From Nitrosopumilus sp. (GTDB taxonomy: Archaea > Thermoproteota > Nitrososphaeria > Nitrososphaerales > Nitrosopumilaceae), in the NCBI GenBank assembly GCA_965249555.1, contig OZ252243.1:672001-736000 (forward strand): a stretch of DNA of 64,000 nucleotides. The letters are read 5' to 3'. This document shows positions 45,732-56,578 of the stretch, piece after piece. The first letter of the stretch is position 1. The number at the start of each line of letters is the position of its first letter. The notes under the pieces were generated by a model that saw only the letters and a program-made list of their open reading frames with translations, was not told where the DNA came from and made no database searches. The translations under genes were made by a program, and so were the position numbers.

Positions 45732-47696
45732 TTATACAAGGTTTGCAAAAAACGAAAGGATGGCTTCTATAAAATTATCAAACCATGATTTTTCAGGTTT
45801 TGGCTCTACAGTTGGTTCCACTATAGCTCTGCATTGTCCATCTACTAGTTCAGTTCCAGAACCACAAAGCGGTTCTTTTGGCTCAGGCATATATTCTGGC
45901 TCTACTGTTGGCTCCACCATAGCTCTGCATTGTCCATCTACTAGTTCAGTTCCAGAACCACAAAGCGGTTCTTTTGGCTCAGGTATAGATTCTGGCTCTA
46001 CAGTTGGCGTTGGCTCATCAGAGGAAGTAACATCTGGTAAATGATCAGAAACACTAGATGATTTATCAGAAGGTTGATTTGAGGCCTCAGAGCATAACAC
46101 ACCACCACAAACTCTGGAGCTCATGGTACTGCCAGAGCCTCCGCCAGAACTTGTTTTAGCAGATTTTATCACTTTTGGACCAGCCTCAGAGGTCGGTACC
46201 ACTACACTATCAGAAGTTGTTGCATAGTTTGTTTGATCATTATTTTGAGAGTCTGAATAACATGCAGTATTTTTTTGAGTGTATCTAGCGGTGTCTTGTG
46301 GATTGATAATATCATTTAACAGCTCTGCCCGCGTACAATCAGATATCTCATTTAAGGTATTTTGTAAAAATACTCCCAACTCTGGACTATCACTTCTATA
46401 CCCAATGGTCAGTCCTTGCACACTATCACGATCGTCATATGTGAACTCATTTGATTTTACTAGTTCTACTCCAATAGTGGATGCATAGTAAGAGGCAATA
46501 GTAAAGTCAGATATAAACACATCAACATCATTATTTTCCAAGGCTCTTACTGCCTCTAAGGCATTTTCATATTCCACATAAGATACGTCTGGAAAATTCT
46601 CATCTAGTATTGTTTTATGTGCATAGTCACTAATTATTGCCACAGTATAATCTGCAAGGTTTTCAGATGTGACATCTAAATCATTAACAGTTACAAGGAC
46701 ATCCCCATCCAAAAACAAAACTGCATTTGTAAAGCTCATAAAGTTAGAACGTTCTGGTACATCAGATAACCAAAACATGACATCTGCATCTCTATTTTTA
46801 ACAGCATCTAATGCGACTGTAAAATTTGCTGGAACAACAAATACAAAACTAGCATCCGTAAGGGATTCAAATTGTTCAATATATTTTCCAGTAACACCAC
46901 CCACATCACCATTTGGTTTATACATTTCAAAAGGTTCGTAATTAGGATCTATTGCCACACGTATAGGAGTATCTACATCAAACGGTACTGTTGATTCCAA
47001 GGTGTAATCATCTTTGTATATGGTTCCATTGTATACTTGTATGCTAGTATTTTCAGAAAAGATTTCTGTAGTTGAATCCCTTACAACCAGACTGATAACA
47101 AAAGTATCAGTTGTTTTAGCATTAAGCAAAATACTGTCTGTGGGCTCTGTAAGGAGTGGCGGAATTACACTATGTAGTGCATCAGTGTTTTGTATGCTCC
47201 AGCGATATGACAAACCATTACTGTCTTCATACCCATGATTTGCCGCATCTAAAACAACTAAAACTGACTGGTCCCAGATTGCCTTGAATGAATCATCATC
47301 TATAAGACTAGTAGTAGATAGGTATTGCTTTAATTCATCATAGCTTGCATATTTTGATTGTATGATGCCATCTCCATTAGCTGAGACTAGCGTTGCTCCG
47401 TCATAGAAAAAATGATCAGTTCCTCCAGCAGTAGCATATGTAGAGGAATATTTTTGAACATCAATGCTTAGTGAATCACTGCTTGCCTGTATGATTAACG
47501 CTGTTTGATTAGAGGTAAGAATTTGTGTTGCACTAGGTGTTAAAGCATAGGTGCCAGTTTCTGGCTGATCTAATATTATAGAGAAATCATCAGTTCCTGT
47601 TGGGTGCTCTGCATATACAAGGTATAATGGAATGGACAATACAAGTAGGGGCATTAGAAAAAGTATACGATTAATGCTCAAGTTAATCATCTGCAC
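45732..47696 (-). CDS. Secreted protein with a family-3 (PBPb) solute-binding domain, Ser/Pro linker, two CGSGTELVDGQC repeats and an amphipathic C-terminal anchor
   Basis: IRVAIDPNYEPFE...ALDAVKNRDADV...PERSNFMSFT; N-terminal signal peptide; KSWFDNFIEAILSFF tail. Confidence 0.8.
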   Translation of the reverse strand: MQMINLSINRILFLMPLLVLSIPLYLVYAEHPTGTDDFSIILDQPETGTYALTPSATQILTSNQTALIIQASSDSLSIDVQKYSSTYATAGGTDHFFYDGATLVSANGDGIIQSKYASYDELKQYLSTTSLIDDDSFKAIWDQSVLVVLDAANHGYEDSNGLSYRWSIQNTDALHSVIPPLLTEPTDSILLNAKTTDTFVISLVVRDSTTEIFSENTSIQVYNGTIYKDDYTLESTVPFDVDTPIRVAIDPNYEPFEMYKPNGDVGGVTGKYIEQFESLTDASFVFVVPANFTVALDAVKNRDADVMFWLSDVPERSNFMSFTNAVLFLDGDVLVTVNDLDVTSENLADYTVAIISDYAHKTILDENFPDVSYVEYENALEAVRALENNDVDVFISDFTIASYYASTIGVELVKSNEFTYDDRDSVQGLTIGYRSDSPELGVFLQNTLNEISDCTRAELLNDIINPQDTARYTQKNTACYSDSQNNDQTNYATTSDSVVVPTSEAGPKVIKSAKTSSGGGSGSTMSSRVCGGVLCSEASNQPSDKSSSVSDHLPDVTSSDEPTPTVEPESIPEPKEPLCGSGTELVDGQCRAMVEPTVEPEYMPEPKEPLCGSGTELVDGQCRAIVEPTVEPKPEKSWFDNFIEAILSFFANLV

Positions 47697-50600
47697 ATAT
47701 TGCCTGATAAGCGATATTTTGAGTGACTAGTGTGTCGGGTGTTAGTAAAGACTCGGCATGCTCAAAGTTCATTCTATATTTTATTGTAATTGTTTCAAGG
47801 GGTGCCAGATTTTCTCCAAGTTCTTTCTTAGAGTCTAGACGCTCAAATGTACCTTCAATTAACACCTCAATTACTGGAGAATCTATTGGATTGCCTAAAG
47901 AGTCAGATGGAAATACAGATAGAATATCAATTGTTTTAACGCTGGTATTTGTGATAATCTGCTCTTTCACAGCAGATAGTAAAGAGTCAGCATCTGCTTT
48001 TCCAAAGTTGATAGCTGGGGATTCCAAGTTAATGCTGCAAGAGAGATCTGTTGAATCAAATCCTCCATCTGCATAATAAGTGCCAAGTCGCTCCCAACCT
48101 GTCTGTTTTATGCCCCATACTGCATAGTTGGCTGCTGCCAAGTCGCCAAATTCATCAAGGGATATATCACCTAGTGCACCATAATTTCTTTGCACTACAC
48201 CAGGTATACCGCTTGCAATGGAGTCAAGAGATGCATCTGTACCTGCTGCATCCACTGCAAGTCCTATTGCCCATATGGTATCATAAGAGGAATATGCATA
48301 AACATTAGGGGTATCATTTGGGAATTTAGACTGTAAATTGGTGTACAAACCAATATACTTTGGAGAGGCAGGGTCTGCATCAAATATACATGATGTAAAA
48401 TCAACATCAACTAGGAATTGCTTTATCTCCGGATCATCAACAAGACTGGAACTGAGTACTTGTGCATCAGAGCCTATCCAGGACACTGTACGTAAAGCAG
48501 GATATTGTAGTGATTCTCGTACAATGTGCTCCAACTCAAAACCGACATACAAAATTGCAATCTCATCACTGCCAAAAGATGATGCACTAACTGCATCAGC
48601 TAATCCACTAACTAAATCTGGGAACTGGCCTTGACATGTAATGTCGGATTTGTCAGCACAGAAAGCATAGGTTCTAGCAGTATCATCAACTGTGCCCCCA
48701 AGATCTGCAAATTTAGTACTAGTGGATTCTGCAAATCCAATACCAAATGGATCATCAATGTGTAATGGAATCAATTGTCTTTTGCCATCATCATACAATA
48801 AATTGGCAATGACAAGGCCATGTTGAAGATCACTGGGTGCTAGCCTGAATATATTATCTGCTACAGCAAGGGATGGAGCAGTAGAGCAACAGCTAACCAA
48901 GGATAGATCAGCACTTTGACCTTCAATGAGGTCTGTCTTTATCTTTTCTAATCCAGATGATATGGACGGACCAGAGATAAAAGAGATGCCATTATTATAA
49001 AGATCTTCAGCTTCAGCTAAAATCACATCAGGATTTACTTGGGAATCCCTAACGTCTATGGATAGGCGCCAGTCGGCATTGTTTTCTATCAAATATCCAT
49101 TAAAGTCTGATACTGCTACAAAGGTAGCATATTTCCTGTGGTCCCCTGCATCATCCTGCCTGCCAGTTTCTGGAACTATGGCACCAATACCAAATACGGT
49201 TTTATCAGTTCTCACCCAAGATGGATCTCCTGTATCAGATACACTAATTGTATAATAAGCATCAGGTGCATCTAAATCACCAAAAATATTTAGAGAGTAT
49301 TGCCCTAATGTACCATCATAAGAAGTGGCAGGATCATCCAAGTCACCTTTTATTAATGCAAAATCATCACTGTGTTTAGTTACCAGGTCGCCAAAAAGTT
49401 TCACACTATCATGTGCAGAGTTGTGATATGAATGATAATTTACACCAAATGGTTTTAATGCGTCTTGTAGTTCTAGTGAGAGAATATTTGACTCTATGCC
49501 AAATATGACAGAAGTAAAGCTTACCTTCCTAGCAAATTCTAATGCCTTACTATTCTCCAATATGGTAGGGTCATATCCAATGGCGCCAGATGTATACCAT
49601 TTTAGATTACCTAAGACACTATCAGCTTCAATATTATCAGCCAAACTAATAAAATGAGAATTCAATCCAATAAGCAATACTGCGATTTCTGCATCAGCAG
49701 GAGGATCTGTTCCAGCAGTTAGTGCAGTGTAAAATCCTTCCATATTTGCCACAGCTACTGAATAATCTTGCTCTTTTGTTAATGCCTGCACGTTAGTATT
49801 GTCAGGAAATGAATCACGATAATCTCTACCCCATTCATCGTCTGTGTAGAAGATTAAAAGTTCAGTCTTTCCATCAGTCGCTAAAATCTCTGTCAATGCA
49901 TTTTTTTCATTTGATAGATCTGGCACCAGTCTGTATATGTTATCTGTTACAGCAAGGGATGTAGCAACAGATGAAGGAGAAATTAAGATAGCATCAGTAG
50001 AATCAAAAAATGGCTTTGCTTGTGCAACACTGGAGCTAAAAGTTACTCCTGCAAAATATTTTATCTTCTCATCAATAACATATGGAGAGGCAAAGACAAA
50101 ACCATCATGCAAGACAAACCATGCACGTCTTGTTTGCTCCAAGCCAGTAACAGGGTCATCAATGGTGTAACTTACCCAAGTACCAGTACTACCAACAGAC
50201 TCTAATTCAGATAAAATCTCCTCAGGGCTCCTGTCAGGTGTACTTACATCTAAAGAATTAACACCAACTAAAGAAGGATATTTGGCATTTGCAACTATAT
50301 CAAGACTGGTACTATGAATTACAAATGGGTAAAACAACTCTGAATCAGAATCAAATGAACCAGTAATTCCTGCAAACTTGTCATCAGCAGAATTAGCATC
50401 ATATGTGGCAATTGCTGCATCAATTACCTCCACTAAGAGAGGCTTGTGACCTGCATCCCCAATAGGTGGGTTGTACCCTGCACCGATAATATGTCCAGAA
50501 GGCTCGTGTAATACAAGCAAAGAGCGCTTGATGCCATCAGTGCCAGTTACAGTATTATCAAAAGTATACTGCCACCACAACTCTGGAGCACCACTATCAA

Positions 50601-52854
50601 GTATATCATATGCAGAAGCAAAGTCCCTATCAGAATTACCTACCAAGTCATTAGCATTTTGGCCAACTAGATTATCATTAGTACCATGAGCTATAAGGAT
50701 GCCATCCTTATCTATAACAAATGGATAAGGGTCTATAGTAGTAGAATTATCTATTGAAAATGTTCCAGCATCAGCATCATAACCGGCTATGGCTATATCT
50801 ATAACCTCAATTAATGAAGAACGGTAAAAGTCATCATATGTATCAAAGTATAGTGCATTTAATGCAGGTAGTGTACCATTGCCGGTGTTTATAGTGTGCA
50901 GTTGTATGTCAGCATCATCAAAGTTTTGGGCAGCTAGTGCCATAGTTACTGCAAAGTCATCCTCATAAAAGAAATGATTGTCCAAATCAAGCAATACGCC
51001 CACATTAATTATATTGGAATCATCATCATATGTTATAACAAATGTATTATCAGGATAATATGTGCCAATTCGTACCCAGTTGCTGTCTTCTATACCAAAC
51101 ACTCCAAAGTTAGCGGCATCCAAGTCTCCAAATTCATCTAGTGTGACATCACCTAATGCACCATCATCATTATCATTTATTGCCTTCTCTAAATCCACTT
51201 GTCCATAAGTATAACCTACACCACCAGCTGCATCTATTGCCAGTCCTATTGCCCATATGCTGTCATATGCAGAATATACATACTTTAATGGAGTATCATC
51301 TGGAAATTCATTATCCAATGCTGTTTCTAATGATCTAAATCTTTCAGTGTCTGATTCAAACTCAAATGTGCATGACCTAAAATTTGTGTCAGTTAAAAAC
51401 TCTGCAATATCTTTGTTATCTACAAGCTCTGGTTTTTGTACATCAGCATCAGAACCTACCCATTGTACCAGCCTGAGTGCAGGATATTTCATAGCTTCTG
51501 CTATAAAGTCAGGTGAATGAAATCCGACATAGAGAACAAAAATTCTATCAGCACCATTTGATCTGATTTGTTCTAGTACTATATCATTTAGATCAGAGAC
51601 AAGATCTGTAAACTGACCATTACATGTACCATCATCTGGATCAGGACAATCTGCGTAGGATAATATGCCGTTACTAGCGTAAATTGCATCAGGATCAGTC
51701 TGTTCTTGATATATTGCAGTACCGCCTAGTCCCTCAAATGTCTCAACTGTACTATTAGCTAGTCCGCGGCCAAAGGGATCATTGACATAAACAGGGATTG
51801 CAACTGTCTTGCCTGAATTATACATTAGATTTGCAATGACTGGTCCATGCTTTGCATCACTTGGAACCAAACGATAAATGCTATCAACTACAGCAAGTTC
51901 AGGTGCAGTAGAAGACTGGCTGACTAAAGACAAATCAATAACTGGAGGTCCTTCAATGTATGTCTTTATAGCATCAACAGAAGCGGAACGTGCAGGTCCG
52001 GAGATAAATTGTATGCCCTCACCTATGAGGGATTGAGCTTCTACTAATGATGTAGCAGCATCAGAAGCCGTATCTCTAATGTCTAAAACAAGACGCCAGT
52101 CTGCACTTTTATCAGACAGATATGCGTTAAAATCTACAAGTGCCTTTTCTATTGCAAATTCTTCATGCTCTCCAAAGAATCCAAGTGAACCAGTTTGTGG
52201 AACCAAAACCCCAATGGTTACAGTGGTTTCTCTAGTTACAGTCTGCCTTACAACTTCCTCACTGTCAAATGACAGGACGGCATTGCCTACATAGGAATCC
52301 ACATAATCAAGTGCGATGACTACTCTGTCATCCAATATATCTGGTATAATAGTTCTAGTTCCGATCACTCCGTCCAACGTAACACTGTATGTGCCTAGAT
52401 TGCGGGGGTCAAATTCTACAAATACCTCATCAAGAGAAGGAACTACGTAAACATCAAAAGAGTTTGCCTCTATTGCCGTCTGGCCAGGTGCGTAAGTTAT
52501 TGTTGTGGCAGCAGAAGTAGTTGCAGTGACCTCGTTAGAATCTGCGCTTGTCCCAGTAGCATTTGTTGCCGTAATGGTATACTTGTAATTTGTTTCAGGT
52601 TCCAAGGAATCATCAGTGTATGATGTACCAGTAATGTCCGGTATCTCTAATGTCTCTGTGCCAACAATTCTGGTCAAAGTGTAAGTGCCGACATCATCCA
52701 CTGCACTCCAGAAAAGCGCTATACGTATGTCAGTGAATGATGCTAGTGTAAGTGCGGGAGTTTCAGGTGGAGCATCTTGAGCCTCTGCACTAGTAAATGA
52801 CATTGAGATTGCAAATACGGCAATCAATACTAATGGAAATAGTACCTTATTCAT
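47683..52854 (-). CDS. 1723-aa secreted multi-domain protein: FN3, Ig, three type-1 periplasmic-binding (LivJ-like) domains, two Cache-like domains
   Basis: IGVLVPQTG / IGAIVPETG, ISGP, STAPxLA, (Y/F)RL(V/A)P, AYD motifs repeated three times; YPFVI...W..YT...TG...KR(S/A) motif twice. Confidence 0.85.
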   Translation of the reverse strand: MNKVLFPLVLIAVFAISMSFTSAEAQDAPPETPALTLASFTDIRIALFWSAVDDVGTYTLTRIVGTETLEIPDITGTSYTDDSLEPETNYKYTITATNATGTSADSNEVTATTSAATTITYAPGQTAIEANSFDVYVVPSLDEVFVEFDPRNLGTYSVTLDGVIGTRTIIPDILDDRVVIALDYVDSYVGNAVLSFDSEEVVRQTVTRETTVTIGVLVPQTGSLGFFGEHEEFAIEKALVDFNAYLSDKSADWRLVLDIRDTASDAATSLVEAQSLIGEGIQFISGPARSASVDAIKTYIEGPPVIDLSLVSQSSTAPELAVVDSIYRLVPSDAKHGPVIANLMYNSGKTVAIPVYVNDPFGRGLANSTVETFEGLGGTAIYQEQTDPDAIYASNGILSYADCPDPDDGTCNGQFTDLVSDLNDIVLEQIRSNGADRIFVLYVGFHSPDFIAEAMKYPALRLVQWVGSDADVQKPELVDNKDIAEFLTDTNFRSCTFEFESDTERFRSLETALDNEFPDDTPLKYVYSAYDSIWAIGLAIDAAGGVGYTYGQVDLEKAINDNDDGALGDVTLDEFGDLDAANFGVFGIEDSNWVRIGTYYPDNTFVITYDDDSNIINVGVLLDLDNHFFYEDDFAVTMALAAQNFDDADIQLHTINTGNGTLPALNALYFDTYDDFYRSSLIEVIDIAIAGYDADAGTFSIDNSTTIDPYPFVIDKDGILIAHGTNDNLVGQNANDLVGNSDRDFASAYDILDSGAPELWWQYTFDNTVTGTDGIKRSLLVLHEPSGHIIGAGYNPPIGDAGHKPLLVEVIDAAIATYDANSADDKFAGITGSFDSDSELFYPFVIHSTSLDIVANAKYPSLVGVNSLDVSTPDRSPEEILSELESVGSTGTWVSYTIDDPVTGLEQTRRAWFVLHDGFVFASPYVIDEKIKYFAGVTFSSSVAQAKPFFDSTDAILISPSSVATSLAVTDNIYRLVPDLSNEKNALTEILATDGKTELLIFYTDDEWGRDYRDSFPDNTNVQALTKEQDYSVAVANMEGFYTALTAGTDPPADAEIAVLLIGLNSHFISLADNIEADSVLGNLKWYTSGAIGYDPTILENSKALEFARKVSFTSVIFGIESNILSLELQDALKPFGVNYHSYHNSAHDSVKLFGDLVTKHSDDFALIKGDLDDPATSYDGTLGQYSLNIFGDLDAPDAYYTISVSDTGDPSWVRTDKTVFGIGAIVPETGRQDDAGDHRKYATFVAVSDFNGYLIENNADWRLSIDVRDSQVNPDVILAEAEDLYNNGISFISGPSISSGLEKIKTDLIEGQSADLSLVSCCSTAPSLAVADNIFRLAPSDLQHGLVIANLLYDDGKRQLIPLHIDDPFGIGFAESTSTKFADLGGTVDDTARTYAFCADKSDITCQGQFPDLVSGLADAVSASSFGSDEIAILYVGFELEHIVRESLQYPALRTVSWIGSDAQVLSSSLVDDPEIKQFLVDVDFTSCIFDADPASPKYIGLYTNLQSKFPNDTPNVYAYSSYDTIWAIGLAVDAAGTDASLDSIASGIPGVVQRNYGALGDISLDEFGDLAAANYAVWGIKQTGWERLGTYYADGGFDSTDLSCSINLESPAINFGKADADSLLSAVKEQIITNTSVKTIDILSVFPSDSLGNPIDSPVIEVLIEGTFERLDSKKELGENLAPLETITIKYRMNFEHAESLLTPDTLVTQNIAYQAICADD

Positions 52855-52891
52855 GCTTTAGTAAAAAAAAGTGATATTATAAAGGTTAAGA

Positions 52892-52982
52892 GTAGATATA
52901 TCAAACACTTTAGATGTATCCATGTGAATTGTTTTTATACATTTCCCACTTTTTTACACCCCAAGGCATAGCCTTCGCTAGC
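52892..52982 (-). mobile_element. IS110 right-end remnant (52917-52982) joined to a degenerate IS66 right end (52892-52918)
   Basis: Minus strand reads ...AACAATTCACATGGA-TA-CATCTAAAGTGTTTGATATATCTAC; compare 63385-63408. Confidence 0.8.
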
Positions 52983-53015
52983 AGGTTGCCGAATGTCATT
53001 TATAATTTTGAGAAT

Positions 53016-53330
53016 TTAATTTTTATTTGATTCAATTAAAAATAGATTTTTCTCGAATCTGCCTCGTTTCTCTGCCTTTTCAAGTTGAATTTTACCAAAT
53101 TCTTTCAATGATGTGCCTCGTAGGTTTACAATTTTTTGAATGACTTCCACCATATCTGCAAGTTCTTCTACTGAACTACTTTCATGATATTCTTTCAACT
53201 CTTCATCCAGTTTTTTGTCTAGTTCTACTAGAAACTCTTCATCAGATAATGTTTTGATTTCACATGTTCTGCCATGTTCTTTGATGATTTCTGGAATCCT
53301 ATCTCTGATAGCTTTATGATATTTTGTCAA
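53016..53330 (-). CDS. MazG-like/PRA-PH nucleoside triphosphate pyrophosphohydrolase
   Basis: YHKAIRDRIPEII...KLDEELKEY...EELADMVEVI. Confidence 0.85.
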   Translation of the reverse strand: MTKYHKAIRDRIPEIIKEHGRTCEIKTLSDEEFLVELDKKLDEELKEYHESSSVEELADMVEVIQKIVNLRGTSLKEFGKIQLEKAEKRGRFEKNLFLIESNKN

Positions 53331-53497
53331 ATTTTCTCCCCCAAAAAGAATCGTTTGTTTATAAAGATCATCCTGTGCAGGATCAAGTTAACACTTCTCT
53401 GAAATTACGACTTGGGGAATTTTGGAAAAAATTTAGATCACTCAAATTTAAATGTCAAAATTATAAACCAAGCTTCTATAACTTGACATAACCCAGA

Positions 53498-55621
53498 TTA
53501 CTGATTTGCAATCCAACCGTTTATTCTTATTGCATCTTCTTCTGGGTTGGACAATACAATATGTGAACCGGGTGCAATATTGCATGTGTTTGATTTCTTA
53601 TGCCAGGTCTTTTCATATTCTTCACATGTGTAATACGAGCCATCGTCAGATTCCATGAAACTTTTAACATCTGTCTCTGGTGGCAGTACAAAAATCATAA
53701 GACCATGACTCTTATTACTTGTAGAAAATGAATAGGATATATCCTCACTGCATATCTTCCAGTATACATACCATCCAGACTTTAGTACTTTATTTATTGT
53801 CCAGTCAATGTTGTCATAAACATTTTCGCAATATGATGATGAGGGAATACGTGGTGCAGGACTTGGAATATTGGGATTAGAGTTGCCTGAAGCAAATCTC
53901 TCTTTATCTTGGACATGATTGTTGGGGTTGAGCCATCCATCAGAACCATAAATTTTGGCGACTGCCTCAAGATTCAAGCTGGAAGGTGTCTTTGATTTTG
54001 AGTTTGACCTCTCACATGTTGGCACTCCATCTTCTACACTGCACATGAGATCACCTTTTTTGTTGAATGTATGACCAAGTCCGACTGCATGGATAAATTC
54101 ATGACCTGCTGTAGCTGCTACATCTGCATTTGTATAGGGCTTACCATGATGCGTTGAGCATACATGAGTTTGAATTGGTGTTGTGGCATCTGGATATGCT
54201 ACACCAGAATAATCTGCACATCCAGCATGATCATCATGTGTATCTAGATTTACAATAACGTCAGGCTTTGAATTAAAACTATACCCTGGCGCTACTACTT
54301 CAAAAGTTACATCCCAGTTTCCATCATATTTGTTCTCAAGCAAAGATTTCCACATTAGAATTCCCTCTTTGATTGGAATTATGTGCCCACTGACTTTCTT
54401 GTACGAGTCAGGATTTGGAACTATGGCAACATGTGGAGCCTTGTAAAAAGGCAAAGAATAAAACAATTCCATATACTCACTTCCTGTAGGAATGTAGTTT
54501 GGAGGAGTGGTTGGTAGGGAACCTGATATTCTCAATGGAATTGTGTTTGGGCATGCTCCACCAAATGATCTTGTGGGGTTTTTGTCACATGTTGTCAGCC
54601 TATACGAAAAATAGTTTCCCTCATATACGGCATACACATCTACAGTGCTGTCCTCATCTGCATAGTCTGCAAACCAGTTTGCAGAAAATCTTCCAAGACT
54701 ATCAACATAGCCTGTTGCAAGCAGATCATCACCAGTGAACAGGTCTTCATCTTTGATATACACTACCTTACCTTCTGTACTAGACCCATCAAGTGTTAGT
54801 GTTCCTGAAAATGTGATTACCTCACCGACTTTGGCGGTTCTTGGAAATGAATCCAAAATTATGCTACCGCCATGTTTTAGAACACTCATCTCTTGGTTAG
54901 ATGACCTGTCTCTTTTGTATTTTGAATCACCATCAAACACGGCATAAACATCAAAGTCTTTTTCTATTAATCCTGCACTTGCATTCCATGTAACTGAAAA
55001 ATATCCATTAGAGTCTGTTCTTTTGGAGCCCAGTCTTTGATCACGGGAGAATGGATCATCTTCTAAAATTTTTACAAGTTTATTGGCAAGTGGTTGTCCT
55101 CCAGATGTTAATTTGCCTGTAAATGTAATTGTATCTCCTGCATAAATTGAAGATGGTACCCTGTATAGTGTAATTTGTGTGGAATATTTTGTGGAACTAG
55201 ATGAGCTTGAAGAATGAGATGAGCCAGAATCATAAGATGAAACATTGACGTTGTATGTTGTACTGCGTGCCTTGCTGATATTTGATGTGCCATCATAAAC
55301 TGCATAAAAATCCCATGCTCCACTACTTCGTGGTTGTGCAGTCCACGTTCCTCCAAATTGTCCATTCTCATCTGTGGTGACAGTTCCAATTACTGTATCT
55401 CCTCCAAAGTCAACATCGTCTTTGATGTAAATTGTTGCGCCTGGAACAATATGTCCTGACGTTGTGCCAAGCTGGCCTGAGAAAGTTACTGTGCTTCCTG
55501 TTTTTATCTGAGATGGAATTGGATCAAGTTTTAAAACCCCGGTGTATGACTGGGCTTCAACAGTAATGATTGTAGATGTACTGATTATGCATGCTAGGAG
55601 CAGAAGATATCTGATAGACAT
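53498..55621 (-). CDS. Secreted protein with three Ig-like repeats and a matrixin/M10-like zinc metalloprotease domain
   Basis: Signal peptide; repeats with TFSG.L...IKDED...F...W...D(V/F)YAV; HEFIHAVGLGH plus Met-turn DLM. Confidence 0.85.
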   Translation of the reverse strand: MSIRYLLLLACIISTSTIITVEAQSYTGVLKLDPIPSQIKTGSTVTFSGQLGTTSGHIVPGATIYIKDDVDFGGDTVIGTVTTDENGQFGGTWTAQPRSSGAWDFYAVYDGTSNISKARSTTYNVNVSSYDSGSSHSSSSSSSTKYSTQITLYRVPSSIYAGDTITFTGKLTSGGQPLANKLVKILEDDPFSRDQRLGSKRTDSNGYFSVTWNASAGLIEKDFDVYAVFDGDSKYKRDRSSNQEMSVLKHGGSIILDSFPRTAKVGEVITFSGTLTLDGSSTEGKVVYIKDEDLFTGDDLLATGYVDSLGRFSANWFADYADEDSTVDVYAVYEGNYFSYRLTTCDKNPTRSFGGACPNTIPLRISGSLPTTPPNYIPTGSEYMELFYSLPFYKAPHVAIVPNPDSYKKVSGHIIPIKEGILMWKSLLENKYDGNWDVTFEVVAPGYSFNSKPDVIVNLDTHDDHAGCADYSGVAYPDATTPIQTHVCSTHHGKPYTNADVAATAGHEFIHAVGLGHTFNKKGDLMCSVEDGVPTCERSNSKSKTPSSLNLEAVAKIYGSDGWLNPNNHVQDKERFASGNSNPNIPSPAPRIPSSSYCENVYDNIDWTINKVLKSGWYVYWKICSEDISYSFSTSNKSHGLMIFVLPPETDVKSFMESDDGSYYTCEEYEKTWHKKSNTCNIAPGSHIVLSNPEEDAIRINGWIANQ

Positions 55622-56027
55622 CCATATTTTGGATCATGAGATATAATAAAAAAGATCTGCTTGTATCAACAAAGAATGATGAAAATTAATTCAAATAGTA
55701 GATAATTCCAATGTTTGATTTTAAATTTTTCTGACTTGGAATTTCTAGTCAATTGCGCACAAGATCTATTGTACAGCAATAAGTTGAGACCTGAATGGAC
55801 AGAACCCAGAAAAGATAAATCCTAATGCTTGTCTTTTCAAAATATTGAATTTTGATTATGCATCGGAGAAAGATTTTGAACAATTGTTCATCCAAATCAT
55901 AGATGTTAGTGCAAAAGATAGATGTCATTTAGAATCCTATTTTGTTCATCTAACTGATCTTCTACTGTCATTAGTGATACATTCCTTCAGAAAGTATTGA
56001 GCGTTTGTACTAATCATGGAAAGTTCT

Positions 56028-56273
56028 TCAGTTCCATGTATCCGTGTGACTTGCAGTCTTGTAGTGATTTTTGATAATTTGCTCAAAATTATCACCTAGT
56101 CGGTTTAGTGATTTGTCCAGACTTGCTATATTTGCAGAACATTTCAGATTCCTATTGATCAGTTTGTCAAGATATTTTTCTGGAGGCAATGCGCCAAGTT
56201 TTTTCATATTACAGTCTTTACAGGCTAGTGTGAGATTCCAAATGTTGTCTTCAGCAACATAATCAAATGGTAA
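56028..56273 (-). pseudogene. C-terminal fragment of an HNH endonuclease
   Basis: Manual translation: LPFDYVAEDNIWNLTLACKDCNMKKLGALP... Confidence 0.7.
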
Positions 56274-56274
56274 T

Positions 56275-56381
56275 GACAGTTGCCGGATTAGGATGAACTC
56301 TTAGATCAATTCTTGATTTTTTACTATGTGTTTGATCAGCATAGTATGTTGCTACTTGTATTGATTTGCCTATTCCACCTT
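56275..56381. repeat. ~105-bp direct repeat, second copy at 61675-61780
   Basis: GACAGTTGCnGGATTAGGATGAACTCTTAGATC...CCTATTCCACCTT at both sites. Confidence 0.9.
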
Positions 56382-56578
56382 TTTCTTTTGATATGATTCC
56401 AATCGCCTGTCTTTGTTTTCAAATCTGGTTTCATGAGGATATTTTTTACAGCATCACAAACCCCTCTAAACTCATTGGAATATACTGAACCTCGAGGACT
56501 GTCGTTTTGTAGAATTACACGAACTGACAATTTTCATGATTGTAATAATAGAATTCACATTCTAATTGTTAATTTTTA

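Noticed and set aside
56275-56381. End of an additional insertion sequence
   Set aside because: No IR or TSD found. The copy at 61675 continues the reading frame of an upstream small gene fragment, so an ordinary segmental duplication is more likely.
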